NCBI GenBank assembly: GCA_029953675.1
Contig: JAMWBK010000013.1
Span: 310,001 to 374,000, forward strand
Reading direction: 5' to 3'
Source: Rhodosorus marinus CCMP1338
Lineage: Eukaryota > Plantae > Rhodophyta
Length of the DNA: 64,000 bases
Made by a program: the position numbers and the translations under genes. The notes under the pieces were generated by a model. The model had not been told where the DNA came from and made no database searches. It was given only the letters and a program-made list of their open reading frames with translations. Shown here one piece after another: positions 62,016 through 64,000 of the stretch (position 1 is its first letter; each line of letters begins with the position of its first letter).

Positions 62016-64000
62016 CACTTCGGAATTTGATGAGCACATAGACTAGCTTCCCCGAAAACGAATCGAGGTGCTAATCGTACTGGCTCAAGACTCCTGACGG
62101 TTCTTTTGGAATGCGCTCCCGGAGTGCGCGTGTCCCAACACGCACGGGGTTTGGAAGTCTGCTACGGTTTTTTGGGGGTTGGACTGTTAAGCAAAAAAGA
62201 AATTGCATCTCTCAGAGCAATATTAACGACTGTATCCTTGAACTGGGTATTTTAAGGTACCAAACTGAAAATACATTGAATAATATAAAATAATTGTCGT
62301 TTCGGAACGATAGATTTTGCCCCTCGGCACGTAGAAACGCAAGTATTGACTCAAGATATGACAACCATCCTTCTCCCCGCAGAATAAATTCTGATAGAAA
62401 TTGGATATAGCACGTGTCCGATTATAATTTGACTAAATAGAAAACGAAACTTAAATAAGAGTTATATTTGGATTTTCATCGCTCTTATCAGGATTCTATT
62501 GGTTTAAAAGAAAACCATGTCCAATTATCTGCGAGTATATTGATAGCTAATTGAAGACCATTTCTTCATGAAAGCAATCGAGGATATCATGTCCGCTTTC
62601 ACTCTGCCCAATCCTCCCCCCTTCATAAACCGAATTGAGCCGACCTATGATGGCTATAAATTTACTCAAAATTGACAACAGATATGAGAGCTGAATATCT
62701 TCACCCCCTCTCTACCGTCTCGTCTTTGAGATCTGCAACACGATTGTTGACTCGCTTCTTCACACTTGTACTGACGGGGGTATCCACATCGGGCGGAACA
62801 GGGTCAAAACCCAAAAATCCGATCTAAAATCAGTGTATGTTGAGAGCAGGATAGAAAGATACATAAGGGGTAAACAAATTCGGAATAACCAACACGCGTC
62901 AAAACATAATTGGTAGTAAAGAGCAATATATTTAATGATAATAATAATTTTACACATCATATTACTCATATTCAGATTGAATTTCGGGGGATTTCGGGAT
63001 CTTCGTTATCCACGTCTTTTTCCAGGTTATTGTTGTGAACGCACCGTATAGGGTGGAGATGAACATTTTCACGATATTCCTGTGCATGTAATCTTGAATG
63101 CGAGGAGGCGACGTTGGTTCTAGCAGAAATTGGGGAGTTGGGGGGGGGGGGGGGTTGGGAGGCAGATGTAGATGAACAGAAGTGAAACTAGAGGTTGTTT
63201 TTCAAGATTGTTTTGATTTGTTTTTGCCTTTTTGTGTTTTCTTCACCAAGAACAAAAGACCAACACGAAAAAAAAGCCACGAAAAAGCCCTGAAAAAAAA
63301 AGGCGAGCGCTTGAACGCTCGTTTTCCTTTGTAGACAGGAGGAGAACAAGGGGAGGCCGGGAGCGGGAGAGTCTTGTCGAAGACTTTATTAGACAAGCAA
63401 AGAAAGAAAACAAAAACAAGTTCACTCTTCTTTTTGGTAACCCGCATAGAGCTTAACTTTGCCGAGTAGAGATCGCCTCAACTCCGACGCGGGAGGTTTG
63501 AATACGTTGGAGCAGCAATCTTCTCAGCATAGAGATTCCTTCGCGTGGAATTTACTTACAGTCTTGAAGCTGGGATCCACGAGGAAGACCAAAAGCAAGA
63601 ATTGAGTGAGACGCGGTTAGATGCGTGGGTCGGAGTGGGACGGTGTAACCGTGCTGCTGAGGAACGAGAATTGGGGCAAGGAGACGCTGCTAGGTTTTTT
63701 TTTGGTTTTAAGTTGTGGAGGGATGAAGTTCGTCGTCGCGGAGAGGATGGAGGTTCAATTATCGGTGTCCATTGCTCGGAAATGAGACAATAGTTAGCTG
63801 AAATTGGAATTCGTTTCAAATCGAGCGGCGGACGGTGGGACATGACTCAAGGTGCACAAGTCAAAGTTCAAGAGGAAGAAAAACACAAAGTACTTGAGCA
63901 ACCAAAGAATACCTCACAACTTTTCAATACAGACCAAGAAACCGAAGGCGATAAAAGAAAGCAACAAGCCGTATCGTTGCGTGAGAGAATGTCATCGGAG

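Noticed and set aside
63200-63850. A-rich ORFs and ORF 63556-63843 at the window end
   Set aside because: Homopolymer-rich low-complexity sequence with no recognisable domain; context truncated by the window edge.

Overview
Compact eukaryotic nuclear DNA: closely spaced genes with short GT-AG introns (about 40-155 nt where I could place them), separated by short AT-rich, often divergent promoters. Plastid-targeted proteins (ABC1K, PSA2-like, with N-terminal 'M.(L)GF(V/L)' presequences), a nuclear gyrA, system-III cytochrome c heme lyase and a secreted Hint-domain protein suggest a photosynthetic eukaryote, most plausibly a red alga (inference only). Recognisable genes: HCCS, MMADHC-like, a HERP-like UBL/TM protein, NBP35, PSA2-like, TSR1, glucosidase II beta (PRKCSH), ABC1K kinase, gyrA, an F-box protein, an NDUFB11-like protein, a Myb/SANT protein, tRNA-Lys(CTT), a large FANCA-like gene, VPS25, FAD synthase, a Hog/Hint autoprocessing protein and a full-length ABCB/MDR transporter. 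Accessory regions (about 8.8-10.9 kb, 26.7-30.6 kb, 38.2-40.6 kb, 50.2-51.7 kb, 58.6-62.3 kb) hold decayed CRE-like and copia retroelements, helically phased motif arrays, a higher-order satellite and an inverted-repeat pair. Best leads: a secreted hedgehog-type Hint precursor with an unrecognised N-terminal passenger, a FANCA-like gene, a GyrA ending exactly before its DNA-wrapping CTD, and a duplicated iteron-like GGTGATCGT module. Exon boundaries were inferred by eye, and family calls rest on remembered motifs, not database searches.
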